Notes under the pieces: generated by a model
The model's input: the letters and a program-made list of their open reading frames with translations, nothing else
The model's database searches: none
What the model was told of the DNA's origin: nothing
Position numbers and translations under genes: made by a program
In this document: piece after piece, positions 48,864 through 62,418 of the stretch
Layout of the letters: each line of letters opens with the position of its first letter
Numbering within the stretch: the first letter of the stretch is position 1
Source of the DNA: Tubiluchus corallicola
Taxonomy: Eukaryota > Animalia > Priapulida
Reading direction: 5' to 3'
Assembly: GCA_030141605.1 (NCBI GenBank)
Contig: JAQGDQ010000708.1
Location: 1 to 64,000, forward strand
Length of the DNA: 64,000 nt

Positions 48864-49695
48864 ACATTATCATCACCATCCTCATCATCACCATCATCAT
48901 TATCATTATTATTGTTATGAACTAGCAGAAGTGTCTCGCCTACATTGGAACGTGGACACGTCCTCCTTCGCACATGTAATATGGTTAGTATAGTGAACGA
49001 AACTGCTCCGAACGAGTATTAACCTATTGGTCGTCCATCTATTCACTTTCCAGGCTCGGTGTTGCTTAACTAGAGAACTTTTTGTTAAAGAGATGCCACA
49101 TCTCGACGATTCGTTGTTCCATAAAGGCATTAAATTTCACACTTGTGCTGGTGACATTATTCGCGTAATCCAATCATCTTAGTGACATTAAATCAAAACC
49201 TCGCCTGATCACGTGACGTCAGCCATTTTTGCCTCCGGGCTCCGCCTTTAATTTGATTTAATTATCGCTTGGTAATTTGTGCGCAGAGTCGATCCACAGC
49301 TAGGAAAAATGAAACGGTGACGTTCTGTTTGCACGTGGCATGAAGATTATTTCTATAAACAAAACACGTAGGCGTACTTGATGGAAGGTTCACAAGTACA
49401 AGGAACTTACCATGAAAATTTTCTAAGCTGTTCTAGTTTGAGGAGGAGGGAGGGGGCAATCATCTCTCTCAACACCCCTGTAATGGTAACTGCAATAGTA
49501 TATAAATGCCAGAAGACCAAATTATAGTAATTTTTACTAAAAAGTCACTAACAAAACACAAGCCAAAAGTTTCCATTTTCACACTGAGCAAACATGCAAA
49601 TACTTTCACGATGCATTTTCCAACGTTTCTGAAGTTCAAAAGAAATAAAGGTGACAGTTTTCCTTTTGTAAACATGTTTATCAAAATTGTTATAT

Positions 49696-50332
49696 CACAC
49701 TGTAATGTTGTCTTTCACATACTGCTGTTCACACCGTAATGTTGTCTTTCGCATACTGCTGTTCACACCGTAATGTTGTCTTTCGCACACTGTTGTTCAC
49801 ACTGTAATGTTGTCTTTCACATACTGCTGTTCACACTGTAATGTTGTCTTTAACACACTGCTGTTCACACTGTACTGTTGTCTTTCACATACTGCTGTTC
49901 ACATTGTAATGTTGTCTTTCACATACTGCTGTTCACACTGTAATGTTGTCTTTCACATGCTACTGTTCACACTGTAATGTTGCCTTTCTCATACTGCTGT
50001 TCACACTGTAATGTTGCCTTTCACATACTGCTGTTCACACTGTAATGTTGTCTTTCACATACTGCTGTTCACACTGTAATGTTGTCTTTCACATACTGCT
50101 GTTCACACTCTAATGTTGTCTTTCTCATACTGCTGTTCACACTGTAATGTTGTCTTTCACATACTGCTGTTCACACTGTAATGTTGTCTTTCACATACTG
50201 CTGTTCACACTGTAATGTTGTCTTTCACATACCGCTGTTCACACTGTAATGTTGTCTTTCACATACTGCTGTTCACACTGTAATGTTGTCTTTCACATAC
50301 TGCTGTTCACACTGTTATGTTGCCTTTCACAT
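49696..50332. repeat. 34-bp minisatellite, ~19 copies
   Basis: Unit cacactgtaatgttgtctttcacatactgctgtt. Confidence 0.93.
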
Positions 50333-50603
50333 AGTAATTTCATATATATCTTTCATATTTTAATTCAGAATTTACATATCCACGGTCATATTAATTAAAT
50401 CATAGTTTTTTTCATTTTTTGTGCATAGTTGTAAATATGTTTGATTTTATTCGTCGTTACTTTCCATTACTGCACAGTAGTTTAGATTGCACTGACGCAT
50501 TTGCCTTTAGCAGTGTAAGTTTTTATTAACTAACACTGATTGATCATCTCTGTAAAGTTTTTATCTGTGATTATCAATGTATTTTAATGGCAAATAAAGA
50601 TAT

Positions 50604-50635
<32 letters not shown>

Positions 50636-50924
50636 CTATCGTTGCCTTAAAAGGATGTGAATATTACAGTGTATTACATATAACTGTGGTAACACACGTA
50701 TACGGCTAAACTACTACTTGTTATCTACATGAGACTGGAACTACTGTACATATTAGCAGCCTGTATATGCAATACCAAAAGACGTTGGCGAATGGGCAAC
50801 CACATAATTGTATTTATAAAGTAGTACTGTAGATTTAATTTTTACTGCAAGCTGTTGCCACAAAGGAATGTGAACAAGATAAAGAAGGAATTGATTTGCG
50901 AACAAAAAAGCTCTTTACCTCAGC

Positions 50925-51320
50925 TCTAGAAAAGAAAATGATTATTATTTAAAATATTTTCACTAATTGGTAAAATGTCGCAGACTCCAGGGTGCACCGC
51001 TCACTAACCAAAAAACGTATTTTTAATCTTATTGACAAGATACAGTAATTTTAAATTTTATTTAGTTAGTGATTTGTGCGCTACGAATGCTCTGATTATT
51101 TTTTCAAACTTTACAAAATGTTATCTAAACTTGTTTCAAATGACCTGTCGTCAAAATCGCTGCGCGCAATGGTCATCGCGGGAGTTTAAATTTACATGTT
51201 TTACATAGTGTTACTGCCGATTGAAGTCCTGTATGCAAAAAGGCTGTACGTAAGTGATATAAAATTTCAAAACGAATTTTTTAAAGCTTTATGTTTATAA
51301 AGGATTTTCTTGTGCTTTAA
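50925..51320. mobile_element. Inverted copy of the repeat at 41837-42220
   Basis: Reverse-complement homology. Confidence 0.65.
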
Positions 51321-52396
51321 GAAAGGGTCACGTAAGTTTGCAAAATCTCTTCTCTTTTCATTTACATCTGGTTTAGTTGTCATTGATTTGGTAGAAACTT
51401 AATATAATTAACTATCTGCGAGGATAAACCTATCCTACACAATGTAAACATTTGCCTTGTGCTTCGTATTGCGTTTTACCTGCATGAATGGGCTTCCCCT
51501 GTCACGAGGAAGGAAGCATTATTTTATGTAAATGAACAGAATGGAGAAAATAACGTTTCACGCACTCGTGAGCAGACACTAATTCGTGTTGATGGTTTAG
51601 AGATGGTTTTTATTCTGCTGCCTCATCAGCTGCTGAACTGATTCCAAGAAGTATGACATCATGGAAGACAGCAAGGGGAGTGTGCATGTCAAATGTTAAA
51701 GCGAAATTGGAATCCAAGACTGGAAAAATTTCCTGGAAATAAGTCTGGAGTGTGGTAATCGTTGATGGTAAACTTTAAGACAATAGGGAAGTCAAAAGTA
51801 CGAAAACTTCTGGGAAATGAACGTACAATATTTAAACATTAAAATATTATTTGGGTCTACCACTAAACCACTATTTGGATCTAACATTAGATTATTCCAT
51901 TAAGCACCCAATAAGCCTGTCCAGAGTTTCGTTCTGCGCACGCGCAGTTGGGGTGGATCAAAGATAAGTGCACCACAGCAACGGGTCTTAACTACCGCCC
52001 TCACGTGACATGTGGGTAAAGCAAAGCCGTCTGCCACACCAGTTCAGTAACTTCAGTTTACGTGGACTTCACCTAATTGCGCATTAGTCTTTACGAAGAA
52101 TGATTTGCTAGCAGGATCTTGTTTGGGAAGAAGAAAAAATGAACTAGGTAAGGTTCTAGCTAGCTGTTAAAACTGTTACTATTACAACACCATGGGCTAC
52201 GAGGCTTTGTCAGAGTACACAAATGCGTTTTAGGTACACTTAACCTTTGACATTTCCACGATCATCATCAATCGCTGGAGCTGTGAAAAGGCTTATTAGA
52301 TCTGCTTAGAACAATACAGAAGGCAAACACCAAACAAATTTGTCAGAACTATGTTTACAATATGGGCATTATTGAAATGACGTTGGAGTCAAAAAG

Positions 52397-52698
52397 GGGA
52401 GTGGAGCCCCGAAGACGGACCAGTGCAGCATGCTCATTGACTCGGGCAGCTCCTGCAGCCAACCTGGTGCCAAACGTATCGCTCCGCTTTCCTTTGTACT
52501 ACACCAGGGGGGAAGAGAGGGGGTTCCTGTTGTCTGGGCAACTCAGGATCTCCATACACCTTGCCCAGGCGTGCGCCCTGGAGACGTTCAAGGATCGGAC
52601 TGCTCAGTCACAATCGAAGCTGCAGCTCCATCAATGTGATCAATAACTGACTCTCTTGCCGCACACTCCATTGTCTTCCGAGACGGAAGGATGCCAAC
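52397..52698 (-). mobile_element. Inverted copy of the RTE-like 5' repeat at 34788-35080
   Basis: Reverse-complement near-identity. Confidence 0.6.
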
Positions 52699-53123
52699 AA
52701 CAATAACAAAAAAGGATATCAGCAACGTTAACATAAATCGTAATGTTGTAAAAATTGGAACAATACTACTGTGAAATATTAAGAAGAAAATTGTTGGAAC
52801 AGAGCCAAAGGTGCGTAAAACATCAGAACAACTTTGCCTCAAGTACTTAAAGAAAGAAAAATTTGGAATATAGCCTTCCGTTGTGAGCAAAGTTTGAGGA
52901 ATGTGGATCCTCAATGCAGCAATTAGATAAACTTGGCGTTGAACAATAAAACAGCATTGGAATACCAACTGAGCCTTTGAAATAACTTTGGAGTAAAATG
53001 TGGGAAAGTGTTGAACTCTTTACCTTTGCGGCGTTACGGTAGTAGAACTTATAGAGTCAGTTTGCTGTCACTACGAAACAGTTCTGCCTACAAAATCGCC
53101 AATAGTGGGACAACATTTCGAGG

Positions 53124-53850
53124 AGTACTATAGTAGTAGTAGTACCTTAGTAGTAATAGTCTATAGTAGCAGCAGTAGTAGTAGTACCTTAGTAGTATCA
53201 GTACTATAGTATTAGTAGTACCTTAGTAGTATTAGTAACATCGTAGTAGTAGTAGTACCGTACTAGTACTGGTACTATAGTAGTAATAGTAGTAGTAGTA
53301 CCTTAGTAGTATTAGTACTATAGTAGTAGTAGCTTAGTAGTGCTAATGCTATAGTAGTAGTTGTTGTACCTTAGTAGTATTAGTTCTATAGTGGTAGTAT
53401 CTTAGTAGTATTAGTACTATTGCAGTATTAGTACTATAGTATTAGTAGCTTAGTTGTACTAATGCTATAGTAGTAGTACATTAGTAGTATTAGTACTATA
53501 GTAGTAGTAGCTTAGTAGTACTAATACTATTGTAGTAGTACATTAGTAGTAGTAGTAGCTTAGTAGTACTAATACTATAGTAGTAGTTAATTGGTAGTAT
53601 TAGTACTATAGTATTAGTAGCTTAGTAGTACTAATACTATAGTAGTAGTACATTAGTAGTATTAGTACTATAGTGTTAGTAGCTTAGTAGTTCTAATACT
53701 ATTGTAGCAGTACATTAGTAGTATTAGCGCTATAGTGTTAGTAGCTTAGTAGTACTAATACTACAGTAGTAGTACGTTAGTAGTATTAGTACTATAGTAG
53801 TAGTAGCTTAGTAGTACTAATACTATAGTAGTAGTATATTAGTAGTATTG
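53124..53850. repeat. (TAG)n-derived complex microsatellite
   Basis: Directly visible. Confidence 0.9.
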
Positions 53851-55368
53851 GTAAGTGACAACTAACAGTGGGGGAACATGCAGTTGAAAACTAACAGAAA
53901 TTTTGATGGAAGTTAGGTATACAAAACTAGATGCAAACACCACAAATATGTGGTAAATGTGGTAAATACTAAAAGTAGATTGGGATAAAACTAAAATGGA
54001 CTTTGCCAAATGTTGCTGCCATTAGTATGGTCAATTTGCAGACTTATCCCAACAAATCGCAAGAAAGGGTCTTGCAGTATTTGGTCCAGAGAATAACATG
54101 TCCAAATTAGGCCGAAATTTGAACACCGCAAAAGGCCTAATCATGACGTCAAAAAAGATGGCCGCCATTTGACCATTATGAATGGGTATTTAGTCTACAG
54201 GAATAATGAAAAAAAAATGCTCATTTTGATTCAAAAGCATGAAACTTTACACAGTGCTGCAGCTTGTAAAGATGATTAATTTTGATTGTGGAGTCAATCG
54301 AAATTCGTGCAATATGGCCACAATTTTGAAGATGGCTGACAATATGACTGTTGCTAGCTTATAAAGGCTATCAGAGGATACAAGATGATGATTTTGATGC
54401 GTAAATATAGGTTTTCAAGATCAGGGAAGACATCTGATGCTGAAGTGCCCCTATGATATCACCCCATTTCAAAATGTTGAAATATTGGCTCTACTAATAT
54501 TGACAAAAATTTCACCTCCTACGAAAATTTTACTTCCCACGAATTTCGCAGACGTCTTTCCACAAGAAAGACTACGGTCAATTAAAGCAAATTTCAATTA
54601 AATATAATGAAACGATACTAACCTTTAAACGCAATCATATAAACAATTTCATTGCGCTTAATTTAATTTTCACATGAAAAACGTGGCTTCCATGTAGATC
54701 CTGTTACACATTTGTGAGCAACATGTAATTGAATCACGAATCCAAGCTTTATAGTTTGCAATGCTTACAACTTACTGACTTTATGAACAAGTTTCAATGC
54801 AGCAAAACGTTGAAATATATTCAACATCGTCATCGCAACTGTAATCATCATCATCGTCGTCATCATCATCATCGTCACCGTCATAGAAATCATCATCGTG
54901 ATCAGCATCGTCATCATCATCGTCATCTTTATCACCATCATCATCATCATCGTCATCATCATCATAATCGTCGTCGTCATCATCATCGTCATCATCATCA
55001 TCATCGTCGTCGTCGTCGTCATCATCATCGTCATCATCGTTTTTTTATTATGCACTTATTATTACTGTGTAGGAATTGTACTAACACGTTATAAGCATAT
55101 CAATTTAACGTCATTCGTAACAATTAAATTTTTATTATAAGCAGTACTAACACTAATACACTGTAGGATAGCGCTTATAAAAATGCTCATGACTAACCAA
55201 AGGGCAGCTGACTAGATGACCAATTGGTCTTTCGCTGCCCTTTCTTCACATTTTTGTTTCCAAGTTAATTCTATTATAACTGTGCGTGTGTTGCAAGATA
55301 AATAAAAATATTATTATTATTATTATTATTATTGTTATTATAATTGTTATTATTATTATTATTATTGA

Positions 55369-55504
<136 letters not shown>

Positions 55505-55929
55505 GTAGTCATCGTCCTCGTATCATCGTTATTATCATGACCATCACCGTCATCGCCGTCATCTTAACGTCACTGTAATCATCGTCATTAACGTCATCAA
55601 CATTGTAGTCATCGTCCTCGTATCATCGTTATTATCATAGTTGTCAAATTGATTTGTATGGAAAATTTACCACTATGCCAAAGAATGTTGAAAGTAATTT
55701 CATTGAACAGAAACACGATTTTTCGAGTAAGCACGCCCGTTCTTCAAATGTTTGCAATTATCGTATATTTCTAGAGAATAAAACTTCATTTAACCAAATT
55801 CAAGCTACGGATGTTAAAATTTCTAAAATTAAAACACTCAACGAAACTAATATTTGTAATTTTTCGATTTTGTATGTTAAAACGTATCAAAACATAAGTT
55901 ACTTGCTAGAGGAATATATTTTTACATTA

Positions 55930-57760
55930 TAATTCTTTATTAAAAATTTAAATTATACACATATACAAATATTTACATAAAATACATACAATGACCCTCT
56001 CTTTGCAGGGTATGGTTACAAAAACTTTGTAAATAAAATAGCTGTTATATTCGTAAGATTTTTATATACCAATAAATCACGGATTTCGTAGCTCAAAATA
56101 ATATAAAAGAACAACTAAAATCAAATAGCATCAGTTTACACAAATCGACCTGTATAATATAAAAGTGACTAGAAACAGAAAAAAATAGATGTCTACAGAT
56201 TTGTTCTGTTACGCAAAGTTCAATATTTTATACTAAAGTTTGTAAAAACGAATCACAAACTAACTCAGTGAAAGCATCTAGCAGATGATCACAAACTAAC
56301 TCAGTGAAAGCATCTAGCAGATGATCACAAACTAACTCAGTGAAAGCATCTAGCAGATGATCACAAACTAACTCAGTGAAAGCATCTAGCAGATGATCAC
56401 AAACTAACTCAGTGAAAGCATCTAGCAGATGATTTCAAACTAACTCAGTGAAAGCACCTAGCAGATGATCACAAACTAACTCAGTGAAAGCATCCTAGCA
56501 GACGATCACAAACTAACTCAGTGAAAGCATCTAGCAGACGATCACAAACTAACTCAGTGAAAGCATCTCGCAGACGATCACAAACTAACTCAGTGAAAGC
56601 ATCTAGCAGACGATCACAAACTAACTCAGTGAACGCATCTAGCAGACGATCACAAACTAACTCAGTGAAAGCATCTAGCAGACGATCACAAACTAACTCA
56701 GTGAAAGCATCTAGCAGATGATCACAAACTAACTCAGTGAAAGCATCTAGCAGACGATCACAAACTAACTCAGTGAAAGCATCTAGCAGACGATCACAAA
56801 CTAACTCAGTGAAAGCATCTAGCAGACGATCACAAACTAACTCAGTGAAAGCATCTAGCAGACGATCACAAACTAACTCAGTGAAAGCATCTAGCAGACG
56901 ATCACAAACTAACTCAGTGAAAGCATCTAGCAGACGATCACAAACTAACTCAGTGAAAGCATCTAGCAGACGATCACAAACTAACTCAGTGAAAGCATCT
57001 AGCAGACGATCACAAACTAACTCAGTGAAAGCATCTAGCAGACGATCACAAACTAACTCAGTGAAAGCATCTAGCAGACGATCACAAACTAACTTAGCGA
57101 AAGCATCTAGCAGACGATCACAAACTAACTCAGTGAAAGCATCTAGCAGACGATCACAAACTAACTCAGTGAAAGCATCTAGCAGACGATCACAAACTAA
57201 CTCAGTGAAAGCATCTAGCAGACGATCACAAACTAACTCAGTGAAAGCATCTAGCAGACGATCACAAACTAACTCAGTGAAAGCATCTAGCAGACGATCA
57301 CAAACTAACTCAGTGAAAGCATCTAGCAGACGATCACAAACTAACTCAGTGAAAGCATCTAGCAGACGATCACAAACTAACTCAGTGAAAGCATCTAGCA
57401 GATGATCACAAACTAACTCATTGAAAGCATCTAGCAGATGATCACAAACTAACTCAGTGAAAGCATCTAGCAGACGATCACAAACTAACTCAGTGAAAGC
57501 ATCTAGCAGATGATCACAAACTAACTCATTGAAAGCATCTAGCAGATGATCACAAACTAACTCATTGAAAGCATCTAGCAGATGATCACAAACTAACTCC
57601 GTGAAAGCATCTAGCAGGTTTTTGTCACGAGTGTTATAAATTTTACTAATGTTCTGAGATTGTGGGATATTTGCAGGTGCTAATCTTTTATATTTATCGA
57701 CCAGAGTGCAATTAAAAAGCAAATGTTCAACTGTTTGTGCTTCCTCTGTATATATGCAGA
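55930..57760 (-). mobile_element. LINE 3' end (ORF2 C-terminal zinc-knuckle region plus 3'UTR) interrupted by an in-frame 36-bp minisatellite
   Basis: The - strand reads CIYTEEAQTVEHLLFNC...RDKNL(LDAFTELVCDRL)nLDAFTELVCDSFLQTLV*; the 3' end tatgtgtataatttaaatttttaataaaga is shared with 61890-61920. Confidence 0.65.
56254..57617. repeat. 36-bp minisatellite, ~38 copies
   Basis: Unit cacaaactaactcagtgaaagcatctagcagacgat. Confidence 0.95.
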
Positions 57761-58538
57761 GAGAAATATAAGCCAAGCAAAATTTTAAAAAAAAGATGTA
57801 TATTTTGAAATATTTAATTTTCGGAATTCGACATCTAACATCAAATATCATTTACTTATTAAACGGTGATTTAGCAAAAAATAAAAAATAAATTTTAGGT
57901 TTAAAAATTATTTCAAAACAAAATTGAAAAAAATGCGCTTATTCGACAACATAAAAACCTGAAAGGCCCAAGAAAATCTTGACGGTTAGGTCAATAATTA
58001 TGCAAATGGGCAAATGTGCTACACATTAGACCGAGTACCGTAATGAGTACCAAATGAGTAACATGAGTATCACTTGAGTACCACACCAGTTACTGTTTAC
58101 GACTAACCCAGTAAAATATTGTAACGTAGAACGGGTGATGTCAATTCTCTCCGTCATAGTTGTGCATAAAACGTAAAAAACAGAAATGAAAGTGAAATTA
58201 AGGAACTCGTCAAATGTCTAATCAATTGCGCTCCATGCTGGTTATCATTACGGAGCAGGTGCTGAAGTGAAAACCATGAACCTGCCTGTCAGCCAGCTGA
58301 ACCGACGAGGCCGTTCCTAAGCGACGGTTTTATACCTGGTGTGCAATGCCACTATGCAATGGCTTCGTGTGGACGAGACCCTTTCAATGTAGAGGGGTGG
58401 GTGGAAAACAAATGGCGTTTCACCCCACGTAACAATATTTTAAACCCGATGGAATGGTGGGTGCGACTTTAGAATAACTTTGAATGAAACAAAAACTACG
58501 TATCCTAAGTACAGACCTATTCTCTCTCTCTCTCTCTC

Positions 58539-58569
<31 letters not shown>

Positions 58570-58608
58570 CTCTCTCTCTCTCCGTCTGTCTGTCTGTCTG
58601 TCTGTCTG

Positions 58609-58653
<45 letters not shown>

Positions 58654-59392
58654 GTCTGTCTGTCTGTCTGCCTGTCTGTGTGTCTGTCGGTCGGTAGGTT
58701 TGTTTGTTTGTTGGTTAGTTGGTTTGTTTTGTTATTTGTCTGGTTGATTGGTTGGTCGGTCGGTTTTTTACTGATTGGTTAATTGGTTAACTGTTCACTT
58801 GGTTTGTCGGTCGGTTGCTTGCTTACATGTTAATTAGTTAGTGAGTTACAGCCACATAAAGGTTCGCTCATATGCCTTAACGCTTAATAACTGTTCACAT
58901 AGCAGAGTGAGCGCTAACAGTGGGTGGTGGAATCAAGGTCAAAGGTCAAGGTCAAGGCGAACAAAACTATGTCAGCTCAATAGGTGTAAACTCTCTGGCG
59001 GGTAGCATAGGTTTCATGGGTCGGCTCTAGGGTTTCATGGGGCGGCGCTAGGTGCAGGATGCATATTGGCAAAGCTGTCAGCAAGACGTGAAGGTATTAA
59101 AATTCTCCTGACGCCACGCAGCTGTGCAGAATGCGAGACTGATTTCGTTCACGAATCCGGGAATTCACAAAGATCCCTTCTTAACTTTAACCTACTCTCT
59201 TCAAATCCCAGGAGAAACTTTTTCTATGAAAACTGCTGGCTGCTTAAAAGCAAAGCGTCTGTGTCGAGTCGCAAGGTTAGGAATTAAATCTAGAAGCAGT
59301 TTATGAGTAAGGCCACTTCTAATGGGCAGAATGGATTTTGAAATGTGTATGTAGGCTGAACTGTTGCTTAAGCAATTAAATGCTATAATTTT

Positions 59393-59550
59393 GAGAGAGA
59401 GGAAAAGAAAGCGAGGAAGCAGATAGAGAGAGAAAGAGAGAAAGAGAAAGAGAGAGAGAGTGGAAGAGAGATAAAGAGAGAAAGAGAGAGAGAGAGAAAG
59501 AAAAAGAGAGAGAGAGAGAGAGAAAGAAAGAAAGAGAAAAAAAGAGAAAA

Positions 59551-59608
<58 letters not shown>

Positions 59609-59672
59609 AGAGATATAAACAGAGAAAGTGAGAGAGAAAGAGAGAGAGAGAGAGAGAAAGAGATAGAGAGAG

Positions 59673-59727
<55 letters not shown>

Positions 59728-59860
59728 GACAGAGAGAGAAAGAAAGAGAAAAGGAGAGAGAGGAAAAAGGCAAAGAGAGAGAAAGAAAGAGAAAGAGATA
59801 GAGAGAGTGGAAGAGAGAAAGAGATTGAGAGAGTGGAAGAGAGAGAGACTGACAGAGAAC
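59393..59860. repeat. (GA)n-rich purine microsatellite; a CT/CTGT tract lies at 58521-58690
   Basis: Directly visible. Confidence 0.92.
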
Positions 59861-60478
59861 TAAAGAAAGAAAACGAGGGAGGGTGTGTTAGCAGAGGAAG
59901 ACCAAACAAAGAAGAAACTGTTAATAATAGAATTTGAAGAACAGAGAATTAAACAAACTGAAACAGAACTGCCAAAGCAAAGATAAGTGAAGTAGAAACG
60001 GCTTAATAGGGGATGGCAACTGATGATGATGAAAAAAACTGATAAATTGACGATGTTTTACAGTGACGCAACGTGTTGTGAGAAAATAACTTTTAATAAT
60101 TGAAGATTGAAGAAAATGAGGTGATTGAACACGTAATGTGGAGATGATGAAACAGAGATCATTATTTTTGCGAAAATTCTTGTCGAAGTTTACAGCTGTC
60201 ACGTGACTAAGTGGAAATTTTTTCCAGAATTCAGGAGCGCAAAGGATTTTTTAAATTACATGCGGATGCTCGATCAACTACTAGACAAATTTTCACCTGT
60301 AGTGCAGAAAAAGCTCAAAGCATCATAGTCTGAACTAGGCTGTTTTACACCCTGGGTATAATTTAGCATAAGACAATTCATCCCCCCGGGGTATACTGAG
60401 GCCTGGGCCAAATCACACCCGGGTTTAATTGGGCAAGAGTTGACTTGGCCTGCTACAGCGAAATTTCTGCACTCAGGC

Positions 60479-61003
60479 ACTTATAAAATACAGACCCTTT
60501 TATGCTTATAAAATACAGACCTTTTGTATTTATAAAATATAGATCATTTTGTGCTTGTAAAGTACAGACCCTTTTGTGTTTTTAAAATACAAACCCTTTG
60601 CTCTTACAAACTATAGACCCTTTTATGCTTATAAAATACAGACCTTTTGTATTTATAAAATATAGATCATTTTGTGCTTGTAAAATTCAGACCCTTTTGT
60701 GTTTATAAAATACAAACCCTTTTGTACTTATATAATACAGACCCTTTTGTATTTATAAAATACAGACCCTTTGCACTTGCAAAATATAGACTCTTTTGTA
60801 TTTATAAAATACAGACCCTTTTGTACTTATAAAATACAGACCCTTTTGTACTTATAAAATACAGACCCTTTTGTATTTATAAAATACAGACCCTTTTGTA
60901 CTTATAAAATACAGACCCTTTTGTACTTATAAAATATAGACTCTTTTGTATTTATAAAATACAGACCCTTTGCACTTACAAAATATAGACTCTTTTGTAT
61001 TTA
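60479..61003. repeat. 25-bp minisatellite, ~21 copies
   Basis: Unit cttataaaatacagacccttttgta. Confidence 0.9.
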
Positions 61004-61265
61004 TTATTCACTGTTTTAGTCGACAGTTTGGTACCAGCTGTAAATAGGCTCTTCTAGCTGAGTCACCAACGAGCATTTTGATTGGTTGACGACACACAAT
61101 GACGAAAATCAAGACAAGCTAGATATCATCAACCTCGAATGACAATGACATCCAAGGACCGTCTCAACGCATGGGCACGCTGGACAGTTGACCAGGGACC
61201 TCACGAGCATAGGTGCCCCATGTTACGTATGTTGTGACTTGCTCTCAACAAATGAATACTATAGT

Positions 61266-61531
61266 CTTCTTCTTCTTCTTCTTCCCAGCTTTTCCCTATG
61301 CGGTCTCTTCGGTCTTCTTTAGAGAAGCTGCTTCCAGCCCATAGATTAGAGCGGGTCTGACCACTTCTTTGAGGACTTTACCTTTAAGTCTCACCGACTC
61401 ATTCATAGAAGGTTTTGGCGCAGTTTTTACAGGCGGATGCCCTTCCTGACCCTAACCCTCCCTATTTATCCGGGCTTGGGACCGGCACTGAGTTGGGCTG
61501 GCTTGCCCCCCCCCCCCCCAGTGGCTAGGTT
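61266..61531 (-). mobile_element. Short bipartite non-autonomous RTE-derived retroposon
   Basis: 16-bp TSD AAATGAATACTATAGT (61250-61265, 61532-61547); (AAG)n tail; RTE-like 5' motif cccaagcccggataaa...ggaagggcatccg joined to the RT C-terminal remnant LKGKVLKEVVRPALIYGLEAA. Confidence 0.8.
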
Positions 61532-61919
61532 AAATGAATACTATAGTAAACCATAACTATTTGTCAATGGTTTTTAAATGAAGGTGGATCATCTCAAGCA
61601 CTAGGCTTACAGGATTGCCGATGAAAATTTCAAATATGATAACCATTATGGAGACTGAAACTTGTAAAAAATCATACCAACAACGAGACACTAACGTTCG
61701 CACTGGCTTCACTTATGCGTATGGAAAATGTGTTCAGTCGTCAATGAAGTCATGAATGATGAAGCCATTTTCTGCAAAGAAATTTCGCACAAATGTTTGT
61801 GTTGAATGCTTTATTAATAATACATAATTTACAATAATTTCGTACAGTGCCATCTCTTTCTGTATGGCGTACCAATAGAGGTGCCATTCATATGTGTATA
61901 ATTTAAATTTTAAATAAAG

Positions 61920-62312
<393 letters not shown>

Positions 62313-62418
62313 ATCATATGTTGAGATTTCTGTGCTTTTCAAGGTGTGCTGTTCAAACATTCGTGTTGATTAATCTTTGCAGTACAGCACGTTTTTCAAT
62401 ATTTAAACATGTGGGTTT

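Noticed and set aside
56481-57851. 456-aa repeat protein as a host gene
   Set aside because: Better explained as a minisatellite-expanded LINE remnant with a frameshift
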